From assembly GCA_963666875.2 (NCBI GenBank), contig CAXXPU010000005.1:21463-85462 (forward strand): 64,000 bases of DNA. The letters are read 5' to 3'. The position numbers and the translations under genes are program-made. This document shows positions 27,628-36,756 of the stretch, in pieces (within the stretch, counting starts at the first letter, position 1; the number at the start of each line of letters is the position of its first letter). The stretch is from Candidatus Cloacimonadales bacterium (GTDB lineage Bacteria; Cloacimonadota; Cloacimonadia; Cloacimonadales; JAIOQZ01). The notes beneath the pieces are model-generated. The model was given only the letters and a program-made list of their open reading frames with translations. It had not been told where the DNA came from and did not search any database.

Positions 27628-27687
27628 AAAACATTCCAACATTCAGAAGAATCGCTGGCGCGATGCATTCGGAAGCAGGAATGTTTT
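27628..27687 (+). repeat. Family B double-box hairpin core
   Basis: AAAACATTCC-AACATTCAGAAGA-(ATCGC TGGC GCGAT)-GCATTCGGAAG-CA-GGAATGTTTT. The boxes match 4834-4883, but both stems have different, self-complementary sequences. A weaker inverted copy lies at 27543-27600. Confidence 0.75.
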
Positions 27688-27729
27688 CCGGACCATTTCA
27701 CCCCCCTGATAAGGGGGGACAAAGGGGGG

Positions 27730-28542
27730 TTAATCCAATCTCGTTATCAATTTGAACACCAGCTTCGATTTTTCTCCGCCGATGATCAGATCGTTTTCTC
27801 CAAATTTCAGCAACGTCTTTTTCTGCCGACTCATACCGCCGATTTGTTCGCCATTGACGATGGTTCCGAGAGTACTGCCGCGATCGTAGAAGTAGAGGTC
27901 GCTATGAAATGGGATGATCGAAAAGTGCGAGCGCGAGATCGTATAGGGCGGATCGTCGTGCAGGAAGAGGTTGTTGGAGTGGAAGAGGTCGTCCGCTCGA
28001 CGACGCGAGTATCTTCCGACGTAGAGTGGGAAGGTGTTGATCTCGACACTGGATTTTCCTGCGAGCGCTTCCACTGCGACGGCGGAATTGGCTCGAAGCG
28101 TAAGTGACCATCCTCGCTGCCGATCTTCATTGATGGGCGCGTAGAAGATGCGTTCGGTCTCCAGTTCAGCCAGACGCAGGTCTGTAAAACGCAGGCGCTC
28201 CGCCATGGTCTGGATGATCGGTCGGATCATCTGCCCGAATTCGAGCTTGTAAAGCTCGCCAAAGACGCGCGGGTTGATGACTTCAACCTCCAGATCGGTG
28301 AGTGCCCGTACGGTGCGGGAGCGCGGCTGTTCGAGGATAAATCCCATCTCGCCAAAGACCTTTCCTTCCGAGATGATATCGATCACAATCTCGTTTCCCT
28401 GGGTGTCGGTCTTGACGACTTTCGCCTGTCCCTTGCGGATGATGAAGACATCGTCACCCACTTCGCCTTCGCGAATGACAATCTCACCGCGTTCGAATTT
28501 TCTGGTTTCGCTGTACTCAAACCAATGTTTTTCTTTGCTCAT
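27730..28542 (-). CDS. Cyclic-nucleotide-binding domain protein with a C-terminal FHA domain
   Basis: cNMP-binding block (FERGEIVIREGEVGDDVFIIRKGQAKV ... FGEMGFILEQPRSRTVRA). FHA-like block (FPLYVGRYS ... ISRSHFSI ... FYDRGSTLGTIVNGEQI). Confidence 0.8.
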   Translation of the reverse strand: MSKEKHWFEYSETRKFERGEIVIREGEVGDDVFIIRKGQAKVVKTDTQGNEIVIDIISEGKVFGEMGFILEQPRSRTVRALTDLEVEVINPRVFGELYKLEFGQMIRPIIQTMAERLRFTDLRLAELETERIFYAPINEDRQRGWSLTLRANSAVAVEALAGKSSVEINTFPLYVGRYSRRRADDLFHSNNLFLHDDPPYTISRSHFSIIPFHSDLYFYDRGSTLGTIVNGEQIGGMSRQKKTLLKFGENDLIIGGEKSKLVFKLITRLD

Positions 28543-28696
28543 AACTACCTCGATTCATCGCATATTGTGACGACACTGAAAAAGTATGCTTGTTCGATCA
28601 AGCTTTTTTTATTTCCGGATATACATGAAATCCGTCGCTCGAGTGTTCTGAATGAAAAAGTAATGCAGGGACGGTGAAACTCACAGCTTTTTTTTC

Positions 28697-28724
28697 TTGT
28701 CAAATTGGGGAGGATATCAATAAT
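28697..28724 (+). promoter_or_regulatory. Candidate sigma70-like promoter for pyk
   Basis: TTGTCA (28697-28702), 16-nt spacer, AATAAT (28719-28724), about 60 nt upstream of the ATG at 28785. Confidence 0.3.
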
Positions 28725-28784
28725 TATAAATTCGTATCCTCGAATTGCCATAAGGGTCAACAAAATAAACATGGAGCGTGTTTG

Positions 28785-30560
28785 ATGCATTATACAGGCG
28801 CAAAGACCAAGATCGTATGCACCGTTAATCCGCAACGGGCCGACCGCGAGTTTCTCGAAAAACTCATCGATAGCGGTATGGACGTCGTCAGAATGAATTT
28901 TTCTCACATGAATCCGGGTGATGGAGATCAACTCATCCACTTGATCAAACAGATACGTGAAGAACGCTCCATTCCGCTGGCTATCATGCTGGATACGAAG
29001 GGTCCCGAAGTGCGGGTGTACGGATATCACGAGCCGATCGAGATCAACACGGGCGATGTTCTCGAAGTGAAGAGCTTCACCGGAGAAAAAATCGAAGAGG
29101 CTGTTAGTGAGTCGCCAAACGTCCTTTTCACCAACCTCTCCGAGATCGGAAAGCACGCGAAGGGATTTCAGAAAGCACTCCTGATGGACGGCTATATTGA
29201 GGCGTCGATAATCGAGACCACGGACGATTCGATCCGTCTGCGGATGTGCAACAGCGGAATTCTCCGCCCGAGGGCGCATCTGACGATCCCGGGCATGGAC
29301 TACCCGCTGCCGTTTCTCTCCACCAAGGATATCCGCGATATTCAGTATGGTGTTCAGGAGGATCTGGAATACATCGCACTCTCGTTTGTCCGGTCTGCGG
29401 AAGACATCTTCAAGGTTCGTAGCCTCATACGGGACGAGAACGAGCATTCGAGTATCCGGGTGATTGCCAAGATCGAAAGCAAGCAGGCAATCGAACGATT
29501 GGACGAGATCATCCAGTATGCGGACGGGATCATGGTGGCGCGTGGCGATCTGGGCGTCGAGCTGGATCTGGAAGAGGTTCCGGTCATCCAGAAAGAGATT
29601 ATCCGTAAATGCTACGAAAGCGGAAAGCCCGTCATCACCGCGACCCAGATGCTGGAATCGATGATCAACAATCGCGTACCGACGCGCGCGGAGGCATCGG
29701 ACGTCGCCAATGCCTGTTACGACCTGACATCCGCCGTCATGCTGTCGGGCGAGACGGCCATCGGGAAATATCCGGATCTGGTCGTGCAGATCATGGAGCG
29801 GATCATCAACAAGGTGGAAGCCAGCTACGATTATTCCAGCAATTTCTTTCTGCGTCGCGATAAGGATATGAAAAGAGATCTGACCAAAATCATTTGCTAC
29901 AGCGCGGTCACGACGGCGTATCAATGCAGCGCGGGAGCGATTATCTGCTTCACAAAATCCGGTTACTCCGCACGACAGATATCGAGGCTGCGTCCGGGGC
30001 TTCCGATCTATGCTTTCACGCCGGATCGGCGGGTCTATAACCAGCTTGCCCTGAACTGGGGCGTTTATCCATACTATATCAATGAGGTTAACGACTTCGA
30101 ATTGATGCTCCAGAACGCGCTGCAGCAGTGTGTGAAAGATAAGCTGGTTCGACGGAACGAGCTGGTGGTGATCGTCGCGGGAATGCCGCTGGGTGTGCGG
30201 GGTCGCACGAATATGATTCGCGTTGAGACGGCCGGCAAGTCGCGAATCCCGGTCGAATTTCTTCACCCAGGATCTGTAACCGCTCAAGCTGTTCACCTCT
30301 GCAGTGATGAGGATATCAAGACAAAGGAATTCACGGGGAAGGTCGTGATCATCGGTACGTTCCGCGACGAATGGACTTCCCACCTGCGCTACGCTGCCGC
30401 CATTGTGTGTGAGGACGATGATCAGAAACGACAACTCCAGCTCCTTGGCATGGCGTATAATATTCCCGTGGCGGTCAAAGCAAACGCGGTGTGCGAAATC
30501 ATTGCCGAGGGCGCAATGATCGAGCTCAGCGACACAGATAATCTGCTCAGTGAGATTTAG
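28785..30560 (+). CDS. pyk: Pyruvate kinase with a C-terminal PEP-utilizer mobile-domain extension
   Basis: TKIVCTVNP...MDVVRMNFSHM, MLDTKGPEVR, IAKIESKQA, MVARGDLGVE, TQMLESM. An extra tail of about 90 aa (GKVVIIGTFRDEWTSHLRYAAAIVCEDDD...). The ATG at 28785 is preceded by GGAG, and the ORF-track start at 28674 is probably too early. Confidence 0.9.
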   Translation: MHYTGAKTKIVCTVNPQRADREFLEKLIDSGMDVVRMNFSHMNPGDGDQLIHLIKQIREERSIPLAIMLDTKGPEVRVYGYHEPIEINTGDVLEVKSFTGEKIEEAVSESPNVLFTNLSEIGKHAKGFQKALLMDGYIEASIIETTDDSIRLRMCNSGILRPRAHLTIPGMDYPLPFLSTKDIRDIQYGVQEDLEYIALSFVRSAEDIFKVRSLIRDENEHSSIRVIAKIESKQAIERLDEIIQYADGIMVARGDLGVELDLEEVPVIQKEIIRKCYESGKPVITATQMLESMINNRVPTRAEASDVANACYDLTSAVMLSGETAIGKYPDLVVQIMERIINKVEASYDYSSNFFLRRDKDMKRDLTKIICYSAVTTAYQCSAGAIICFTKSGYSARQISRLRPGLPIYAFTPDRRVYNQLALNWGVYPYYINEVNDFELMLQNALQQCVKDKLVRRNELVVIVAGMPLGVRGRTNMIRVETAGKSRIPVEFLHPGSVTAQAVHLCSDEDIKTKEFTGKVVIIGTFRDEWTSHLRYAAAIVCEDDDQKRQLQLLGMAYNIPVAVKANAVCEIIAEGAMIELSDTDNLLSEI

Positions 30561-30574
30561 GAGTATGCTCTCGT

Positions 30575-33500
30575 ATGACTAATTCAGGTTTATTCAGGAA
30601 TTTGCATTTGAAGGTTTTGTTCCCGGTCTTCCTGGGTACAATCATGTTTCTATACATTATCATTGCATATTTCGGTGAGCGTAACGCGGTAAAAAAGCAT
30701 AGTGAGAATTACAACCAGCAACAAGCCTTGCAGACACTTATCGCAGCCAATGGACTCCAGCAGAGTTACAATCAAATCAACAGCGAGAACGACGCACTGA
30801 TCAAGCACATTAAAACGATTGTCGAGATCGAATCCAAACCCGAAAAAACGCTGGTGAACATCATTCGCAGTATTGTCGATTCTCATCCTGAAATCGCCGG
30901 GATCACGCTCTATTTCGGTGATGAACGGCATACGATTCGCTGGTTCGACGACAACCAGATCGCAAGAAATATCTCCGAAGAATGGCGCGAGCAGTATGGT
31001 AAGGGTATTACACGCGCCAGAACGAAATTTGTCCCTCCGTTCTATATCCGGTCGGACATGCAGTATTACGGCATAATTGTAAACGATTACACTCAAATCG
31101 GTTCGATCCAGTTGATCACGGTGGTTGATATCATGCCTTGTATCGAGCGCTTTGTTGTACCGATGCGAACAGGACATTTTGGAGCAGGATTTATTCTGGA
31201 TGGGCTGGGCAATGTTGTGTTCGATCACGAAACAGAAATAATCGGCAGGAACGTTTTCGATGGAATGCATGATCCTTACGAGCAGTTGATGAAGATTGAC
31301 AGGCGTCTCATCTCAGAGTCATTCGGAACTGGCGAATATGCCTTTACTGTGGAGAGAGACGGTGCCGTTACGCGGAAATTGATTGCCTGGCACTCCGCGA
31401 ATTATGGGGATCAGCGACTGGTGGTCGCTCAGGCGACACCGTTTACGGAAGTCAATAGTGATATCGAGCAGCTTCGGTTGCAGCTCTACATTCTGGCGTC
31501 AATATTTATTGTCAGTATTCTGGCTGGGACACTGATTTATATTCGATATATGACCCGCAAGGCTCAGCAGGACAGGATCGAATTCCTGAAGGTTGTGATG
31601 GACGCAATTCCGGACATGTTCTACTTTAAGGATCGCGAAAGGCGTTTCATCGGATGCAACACTGCGTTTGCCGAATTCATCAACCATTCTCCGGATGAGA
31701 TCATCGGGAAAAAGTTCTACGACCTTTTCCCCGATTACCTGAATGCTCATTACGACGATTTCGAGACTGCTGTGCTGAAGAAGGGTGTCGCACAGCATTT
31801 TGAGGAGCGAAATACCGATTTTCATCCGGATATCAAAGCTCTCGACACGATCCTCACGCCGTTGTTCGACGATGAGGGTAAGGTCGAGGGTGTCGTCTGC
31901 GTATCGAGAGATATCACCGAGAAATACTTGATCGAGCAGCGTTTGAAGCAGAGTGAGGAGCGTTACAATCTAACGCAACATGCGGCCGGGATTGCAAGCT
32001 GGGAATGGAATATTGAAAAGGATACGCTGAGATTCTCACCGGAGGCGAAATCTCTTTTAAGCTTGAGCCCTGACAAACTTGTAATGCCATTTATGGATGT
32101 TCGAGAATTGATCCTAAGCGACGATCTCGACCTCTTCTATGAAGCCTATGAAAGATGTTGTGCCGGGATCAACGATTTTCAGCTTGATCTTCGCTTCATA
32201 TTGCCTGGCAAAGATGTCCAGTGGTTCTCGATACGGGGTAGTCGCATGCGCAGCGAGTCGGACAAAAGCGATCGATACATGGGAATCGTCCAGGATATAA
32301 CGATACGCAAGCGCAACGAGCTGGAATTGAAGCAGCTTGCCCGTGCGATCGATCATGCAGGGGAGATCATTCTCATCACGGAACCGGATGGTCGCCTGAC
32401 ATACGTGAATCCCGCTTTTGAAAAGATAACCGGATACACAAAGGAAGAAGTACTTGGCAAGACGCTTGGTTTCTTGAAAAGCGGCAGGCACTCACGACAA
32501 TTCTATCGGGAGTTCCTCAATACCATTCAGAGTGGAAAGGTGTGGCGCGGAACGTTTGTCAATAAGCGTCAGGACGGCACGCATTTCGAGGTGGAATGCA
32601 CAATCTCGCCGATCCGGGATCAGAAAGGTCAGATCGTCAAGAATGTCGGAGTATTGAAAGATGTCACCCTCGAAAAAGAATTGAAGCAGCAGTTGATGCA
32701 TACGCAGAAGATGGAGGCGATCGGTACGCTGGCAGGTGGCATCGCGCATGACTTCAACAACATCCTCTCGGCGGTGATCGGATACGGAGAACTCGCGATT
32801 CTGGATGTTCCCAAGGATAATCCTTCCTACCGCGGTATCCAGGAGATCGTCAAAGCGGGATATCGCGCCAAGGAAGTGATCCAGCAAATACTTACCTTCA
32901 GCCGCAGGTCGGATTCGGAGCGCAAACCGGTGCAGATGAAGACGATCGTAGAAGAGATTCGAGTTATGCTTAAAACCACCCTTCCGGCGAATATCGAGAT
33001 GAAGATCGACATGCAGACGGACGGATTGGTTTACGGTGACCCCTCCAGACTCCATCAGATTCTGATGAATCTTTGCACCAATTCCTATCAGGCGATGAAG
33101 CCCGACGGCGGCATTCTGACCATTCGCGTGTCCGAAACCGACAGCGAGAAGCTTCCGACTCAGTTTGCACACACGTTGAAAGCGGGTGAGTACGTGAAGC
33201 TAAGCGTGATCGACACCGGATGCGGCATGACACCGGAAGTGATGAAGCGGATCTTCGAGCCGTACTTCACCACCAAGGGTCACAGAGGCGGTACCGGGCT
33301 GGGTTTATCGACCGTTCACGGCATCATCCGGGACTATCATGGCGCGATCGACGTGCAGTCCAAGCCTGGTTCCGGTACGGTTATCGATGTCTATCTGCCC
33401 CTGCTTACAAGAAAAGAACTCATCAAGAATCGAAATAAACCGGAGTTTTCATCGGGCGAGGTTTATCGGATCATGTTCATCGATGACGATCCTAACATCA

Positions 33501-33838
33501 CGTCTATGATCAAGATCGGTCTGACTCGCATCGGTCACCAGATATTCACCTTTACCGATCCCGAGAACGCCCTGAATTTCTACCGGAACGATCCCTGGCA
33601 GTTCGACCTGATTGTCTCGGACATCTCCATGCCCAAGTTCAGCGGACTCGACCTGCTGCTGGAGGTGCGCAATACCAGACCGGAAATGCCCGTGATCCTC
33701 TGTACCGGGCACGACAGCTTCTCGGATCTCGATACTGCCTATCGCACCGGTGCCGATCTGATCATCATGAAGCCGATTACCTGGCAGATCCTTATCCAGA
33801 AGATCAACGAGGTGATGCAGCAGAAAAAGAACGTTTGA
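30575..33838 (+). CDS. Hybrid sensor histidine kinase (periplasmic sensor, TM, three PAS, HisKA, HATPase, REC)
   Basis: TM segments flank a roughly 270-aa extracytoplasmic region. PAS blocks present. H-box GIAHDFNNILSAVIGYGEL. G-box GGTGLGLSTVHGIIRDYHG. Receiver IMFIDDDPNI...DLIVSDISMPKFSGLDLL. Confidence 0.85.
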   Translation: MTNSGLFRNLHLKVLFPVFLGTIMFLYIIIAYFGERNAVKKHSENYNQQQALQTLIAANGLQQSYNQINSENDALIKHIKTIVEIESKPEKTLVNIIRSIVDSHPEIAGITLYFGDERHTIRWFDDNQIARNISEEWREQYGKGITRARTKFVPPFYIRSDMQYYGIIVNDYTQIGSIQLITVVDIMPCIERFVVPMRTGHFGAGFILDGLGNVVFDHETEIIGRNVFDGMHDPYEQLMKIDRRLISESFGTGEYAFTVERDGAVTRKLIAWHSANYGDQRLVVAQATPFTEVNSDIEQLRLQLYILASIFIVSILAGTLIYIRYMTRKAQQDRIEFLKVVMDAIPDMFYFKDRERRFIGCNTAFAEFINHSPDEIIGKKFYDLFPDYLNAHYDDFETAVLKKGVAQHFEERNTDFHPDIKALDTILTPLFDDEGKVEGVVCVSRDITEKYLIEQRLKQSEERYNLTQHAAGIASWEWNIEKDTLRFSPEAKSLLSLSPDKLVMPFMDVRELILSDDLDLFYEAYERCCAGINDFQLDLRFILPGKDVQWFSIRGSRMRSESDKSDRYMGIVQDITIRKRNELELKQLARAIDHAGEIILITEPDGRLTYVNPAFEKITGYTKEEVLGKTLGFLKSGRHSRQFYREFLNTIQSGKVWRGTFVNKRQDGTHFEVECTISPIRDQKGQIVKNVGVLKDVTLEKELKQQLMHTQKMEAIGTLAGGIAHDFNNILSAVIGYGELAILDVPKDNPSYRGIQEIVKAGYRAKEVIQQILTFSRRSDSERKPVQMKTIVEEIRVMLKTTLPANIEMKIDMQTDGLVYGDPSRLHQILMNLCTNSYQAMKPDGGILTIRVSETDSEKLPTQFAHTLKAGEYVKLSVIDTGCGMTPEVMKRIFEPYFTTKGHRGGTGLGLSTVHGIIRDYHGAIDVQSKPGSGTVIDVYLPLLTRKELIKNRNKPEFSSGEVYRIMFIDDDPNITSMIKIGLTRIGHQIFTFTDPENALNFYRNDPWQFDLIVSDISMPKFSGLDLLLEVRNTRPEMPVILCTGHDSFSDLDTAYRTGADLIIMKPITWQILIQKINEVMQQKKNV

Positions 33839-34267
33839 TCAGGTTCGCTCCCAGTCCTCCACGTCACCATCGACGATTCGGAACAGCGGGTGCGGATCGA
33901 CGTCATGGATGTCTTTCAGTTCTGTATAATGCTCCGGATCGCGCGTCATCAGCTTCTTCAGCAGGTGGTCGAACTCGTATCCGATCTGACCTTTTGTGAC
34001 CTCGATCTGTTCGGTCTCCGCAAACTGCCCGATCTTCGTCCCGTCGAACCGGTATCCGCGCGATTTCGCCTCATCCAGCACACAACCAAGATAACGCCGA
34101 ATCGTATCGACCGGCTTCCCGTGCCGTCGAAACCTGTCCAATTGCGGATGATTTCGGTAGCCTTTCGTACCGCCCTCCAGCACCTTCTTTGCCAGAAGCC
34201 CCTCGCGCCACAACGCTACCAGTCCCTTGCTGTCCAGATACTTCGGATGAATCGACCATAGCCGCAT
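33839..34267 (-). CDS. Pyrimidine-dimer DNA glycosylase (T4 endonuclease V family)
   Basis: MRLWSIHPKYLDSKGLVALWREGLLAKKVLEGGTKGYRNHPQLDRF. The ATG at 34267 is preceded by GGAGG, and the ORF is open to 34321. Confidence 0.85.
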   Translation of the reverse strand: MRLWSIHPKYLDSKGLVALWREGLLAKKVLEGGTKGYRNHPQLDRFRRHGKPVDTIRRYLGCVLDEAKSRGYRFDGTKIGQFAETEQIEVTKGQIGYEFDHLLKKLMTRDPEHYTELKDIHDVDPHPLFRIVDGDVEDWERT

Positions 34268-34320
34268 GATGCCTCCAATATTGGCTCGCCTATAGGGATT
34301 CGATTTTGCATGCAAAATCA

Positions 34321-34391
34321 CAGAGGTCGAGCGCTACATAGAAATCAGCTTCCGAATGTGCCACGAAGTGGCTCTTCTGAATGTTGATTTC
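34321..34391 (-). repeat. Family B repeat: core plus one partial GTAGCGCTCGACCTC box
   Basis: The minus strand reads GAAATCAAC-ATTCAGAAGA-(GCCAC TTC GTGGC)-ACATTCGGAAG-CTGATTTC-TATGTAGCGCTCGACCTCTG. The central hairpin differs from the 4834-4883 copy but stays paired. Confidence 0.8.
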
Positions 34392-34470
34392 TGAACGTAC
34401 AGAATAAAAGGTAGGTCGAATGGCGGGTGCGGCAAGGGGAATATGGATGACGAGTATAGCATGGGGGAAA

Positions 34471-34493
34471 GGGCAGGCACGAAGACCTGCCCC
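34471..34493 (-). terminator. Hairpin 3' of the NfeD-flotillin operon
   Basis: GGGCAGG-CACGAAGA-CCTGCCC(C), 9 nt after the flotillin stop. Only a weak T-run follows. Confidence 0.45.
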
Positions 34494-34501
34494 ACTAATA
34501 T

Positions 34502-36076
34502 TTATTCGATCGGTTCCACGGGTTCAACCGTTTCCGGTTCTGGTTTCACTTCGGGTTGCACTTTGGCGATGACTTCGGCAAGAGTCTCCTTGTCGATGTT
34601 CTGCATGAGGAATTCCGGCAAACCGACACCCTTCATCGAGAGTACATCCTTGATGGGCGGCAGCGTCTTGAAGAGGTCCTGAACGAAACCGGACACGGAC
34701 GAACCGTTCTCGGATCCGCCATTGCTCCAAACGGTCACGTTGTCCATCTTGAGTCCTTCGATCGCGCTTGCCTGGATCTTCAAGAGGTCGGTCATCTGCT
34801 CGGCGAGAAGTAGCTTGATCGCCATTTCCGGACTCTTGCCGGACGACTTGACCAGTTCGTTGAAGCCCTCCGCTTTCTTGTAGAGGATTTCGTAAAGACC
34901 CTGCGCCTCGGCCTGCATTTTCTTGAGCCTGGCGTCCGCCTCGCCCTGTGCGATGCGGCGTGTCTTTTCTGCCTGGGCTTCCGCCGCGATCTCTACCTTC
35001 TGCTTTTCGATTTCGGCAGCCACGATGATGTCCGCGGTTTGCTGCGCCTTGACCATCAGCGCCCTGGCTTCCTCGGCGATCTTCTGCGCGTCGTAACCGG
35101 CTTTCTCGGCTTCGGACTGCGCGATCTTCTCAGCCGCGGCAGCACGATTTTCCGCTTGGGCCTGCTTGATGTCCTTCAGCGAGACCGATTCGGCGATCTT
35201 GATCTTCGCCGTGTTCTCTCCATCGACCGCCCTTGCGTTGAGGTCGGCGGTGTCGATCCTACGCTTGCTTTCCGCGTCCGCCTCACCGGTAACGGCCTTG
35301 GCGTTGGCTGCGGCAACCGCGATACGCTTGCGGGATTCGGCTTCCGCTACACCCTGCTCGGCCTCCGTACGATTCTCGGCAACCTGGATGTTCATTTCCT
35401 TGTTTGCTGAAGCCTCGCCGATCGAGCCGTCGCGGTCGCGTTCGGCAACCGACACCTTGGCTTCGTTGATCGCCTTGGCGGCGGCTTCCTTACCCAGCGC
35501 TTCGATGTAGCCCGATTCGTCGCGGATATCGGTGACGTTTACGTTGATCAGCTTCAGACCGATCTTGTTCAGCTCCGCCTCGACGTTCTTGCTGACGTTG
35601 AGCAGGAACTTGTCGCGGTCGGTGTTGATCTCCTCGATATCCATGGTGGCGATCACCAGCCTTAGTTGCCCGAAGAGGATGTCTTTCGACAGTTCGATGA
35701 TGTCGGTGTGTTTCAGCCCCAGAAGGCGTTCGGCGGCTTTCTCCATGATCCCGCGCTCGGTGGAGATTCCCACGGTAAAGCGGGAGGGCACATCGACGCG
35801 GATGTTCTGCTTGCTCAGCGCGTTACGGAGATTAACCTCGATCGACATCGGCGTCAGATCCATGTATTCGTGCGCCTGGATCAGCGGCCACACAAACGCC
35901 GCGCCGCCATGGATGCACTTGGCGGAGGTCTCCTTGTTGACCTTACCGTAGATCACCATGATGCGGTCGGACGGACAACGCTTGTAGCGCGTGAAAGCGC
36001 TGATCAAGACGACAACGATCAGCACGACTCCAAATAGCGAGAGTCCCAGTTCCATCAGTGGAATGTTTCCAAACAT
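34502..36076 (-). CDS. Flotillin-family SPFH/Band-7 protein
   Basis: N-terminal TM, an SPFH block, then a long Ala/Glu-rich coiled coil (AEAE..., KIAQSEAEKAGYDAQKIAEEARA). Confidence 0.85.
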   Translation of the reverse strand: MFGNIPLMELGLSLFGVVLIVVVLISAFTRYKRCPSDRIMVIYGKVNKETSAKCIHGGAAFVWPLIQAHEYMDLTPMSIEVNLRNALSKQNIRVDVPSRFTVGISTERGIMEKAAERLLGLKHTDIIELSKDILFGQLRLVIATMDIEEINTDRDKFLLNVSKNVEAELNKIGLKLINVNVTDIRDESGYIEALGKEAAAKAINEAKVSVAERDRDGSIGEASANKEMNIQVAENRTEAEQGVAEAESRKRIAVAAANAKAVTGEADAESKRRIDTADLNARAVDGENTAKIKIAESVSLKDIKQAQAENRAAAAEKIAQSEAEKAGYDAQKIAEEARALMVKAQQTADIIVAAEIEKQKVEIAAEAQAEKTRRIAQGEADARLKKMQAEAQGLYEILYKKAEGFNELVKSSGKSPEMAIKLLLAEQMTDLLKIQASAIEGLKMDNVTVWSNGGSENGSSVSGFVQDLFKTLPPIKDVLSMKGVGLPEFLMQNIDKETLAEVIAKVQPEVKPEPETVEPVEPIE

Positions 36077-36078
36077 AC

Positions 36079-36639
36079 TTACTCCTTATTCTTGATCGTT
36101 TCGACTACAAGTGTGTTGCCGGCGAGTTTCACGATTTTCACCTTCTCGCCGGTCGGGATCGCGTCGCCCTCGGACATCGCCTTCAGTTCGCGGAGCGAAT
36201 CCTGCACGATGACATTCACGATGCCAGTGCCTTCGCCCTTTGCCGGAATTTGAAGATAGACGTCGCCGATCTTGCCGATGGCGTTGTTCAGATTCAGGTT
36301 ACCGCTGGACTTGAGCTTGCTGAGCAGGTAGAGCATCGTCGAGACCAGCAGCGCGAACACGATGCCGATCGCGAAAGCCAGAACGACCTGCCACGTGCCG
36401 CTGAAGCCGCGGTAGTAGCCGATCAATCCACCCCAGCCGAAGCCGCCGATGAACCCGATGAAAGACTTGATCGTGAAGATGGGAAAATCGAATCCCACGT
36501 CGATATCGGCGTCAACATCGGCATCCACATCAACGTCGAGGTCCGAATCGCCGATCCCCAGCAGCAGCAGAATCATCTGTATGAGCGCTGCCAGCGATCC
36601 GCTGATCGCAGTTATCCAGAAAGCTGTAAGCATAAGCAT
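36079..36639 (-). CDS. NfeD-like membrane protein (flotillin partner)
   Basis: Several TM helices, an acidic DSDLDVDVDADVDADIDV linker, and a C-terminal OB-like soluble domain. It lies 2 nt upstream of the flotillin gene. Confidence 0.7.
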   Translation of the reverse strand: MLMLTAFWITAISGSLAALIQMILLLLGIGDSDLDVDVDADVDADIDVGFDFPIFTIKSFIGFIGGFGWGGLIGYYRGFSGTWQVVLAFAIGIVFALLVSTMLYLLSKLKSSGNLNLNNAIGKIGDVYLQIPAKGEGTGIVNVIVQDSLRELKAMSEGDAIPTGEKVKIVKLAGNTLVVETIKNKE

Positions 36640-36756
36640 ACCCCCTGAGATGTTACCGAAATATAAGAATGGGGCAGAGGGCTGTCAAGGGGATAATGAT
36701 GTCATTAATCAGAAAATATACATGACCAAATTATCAAAGTGGCTATTTTTTGCAGA

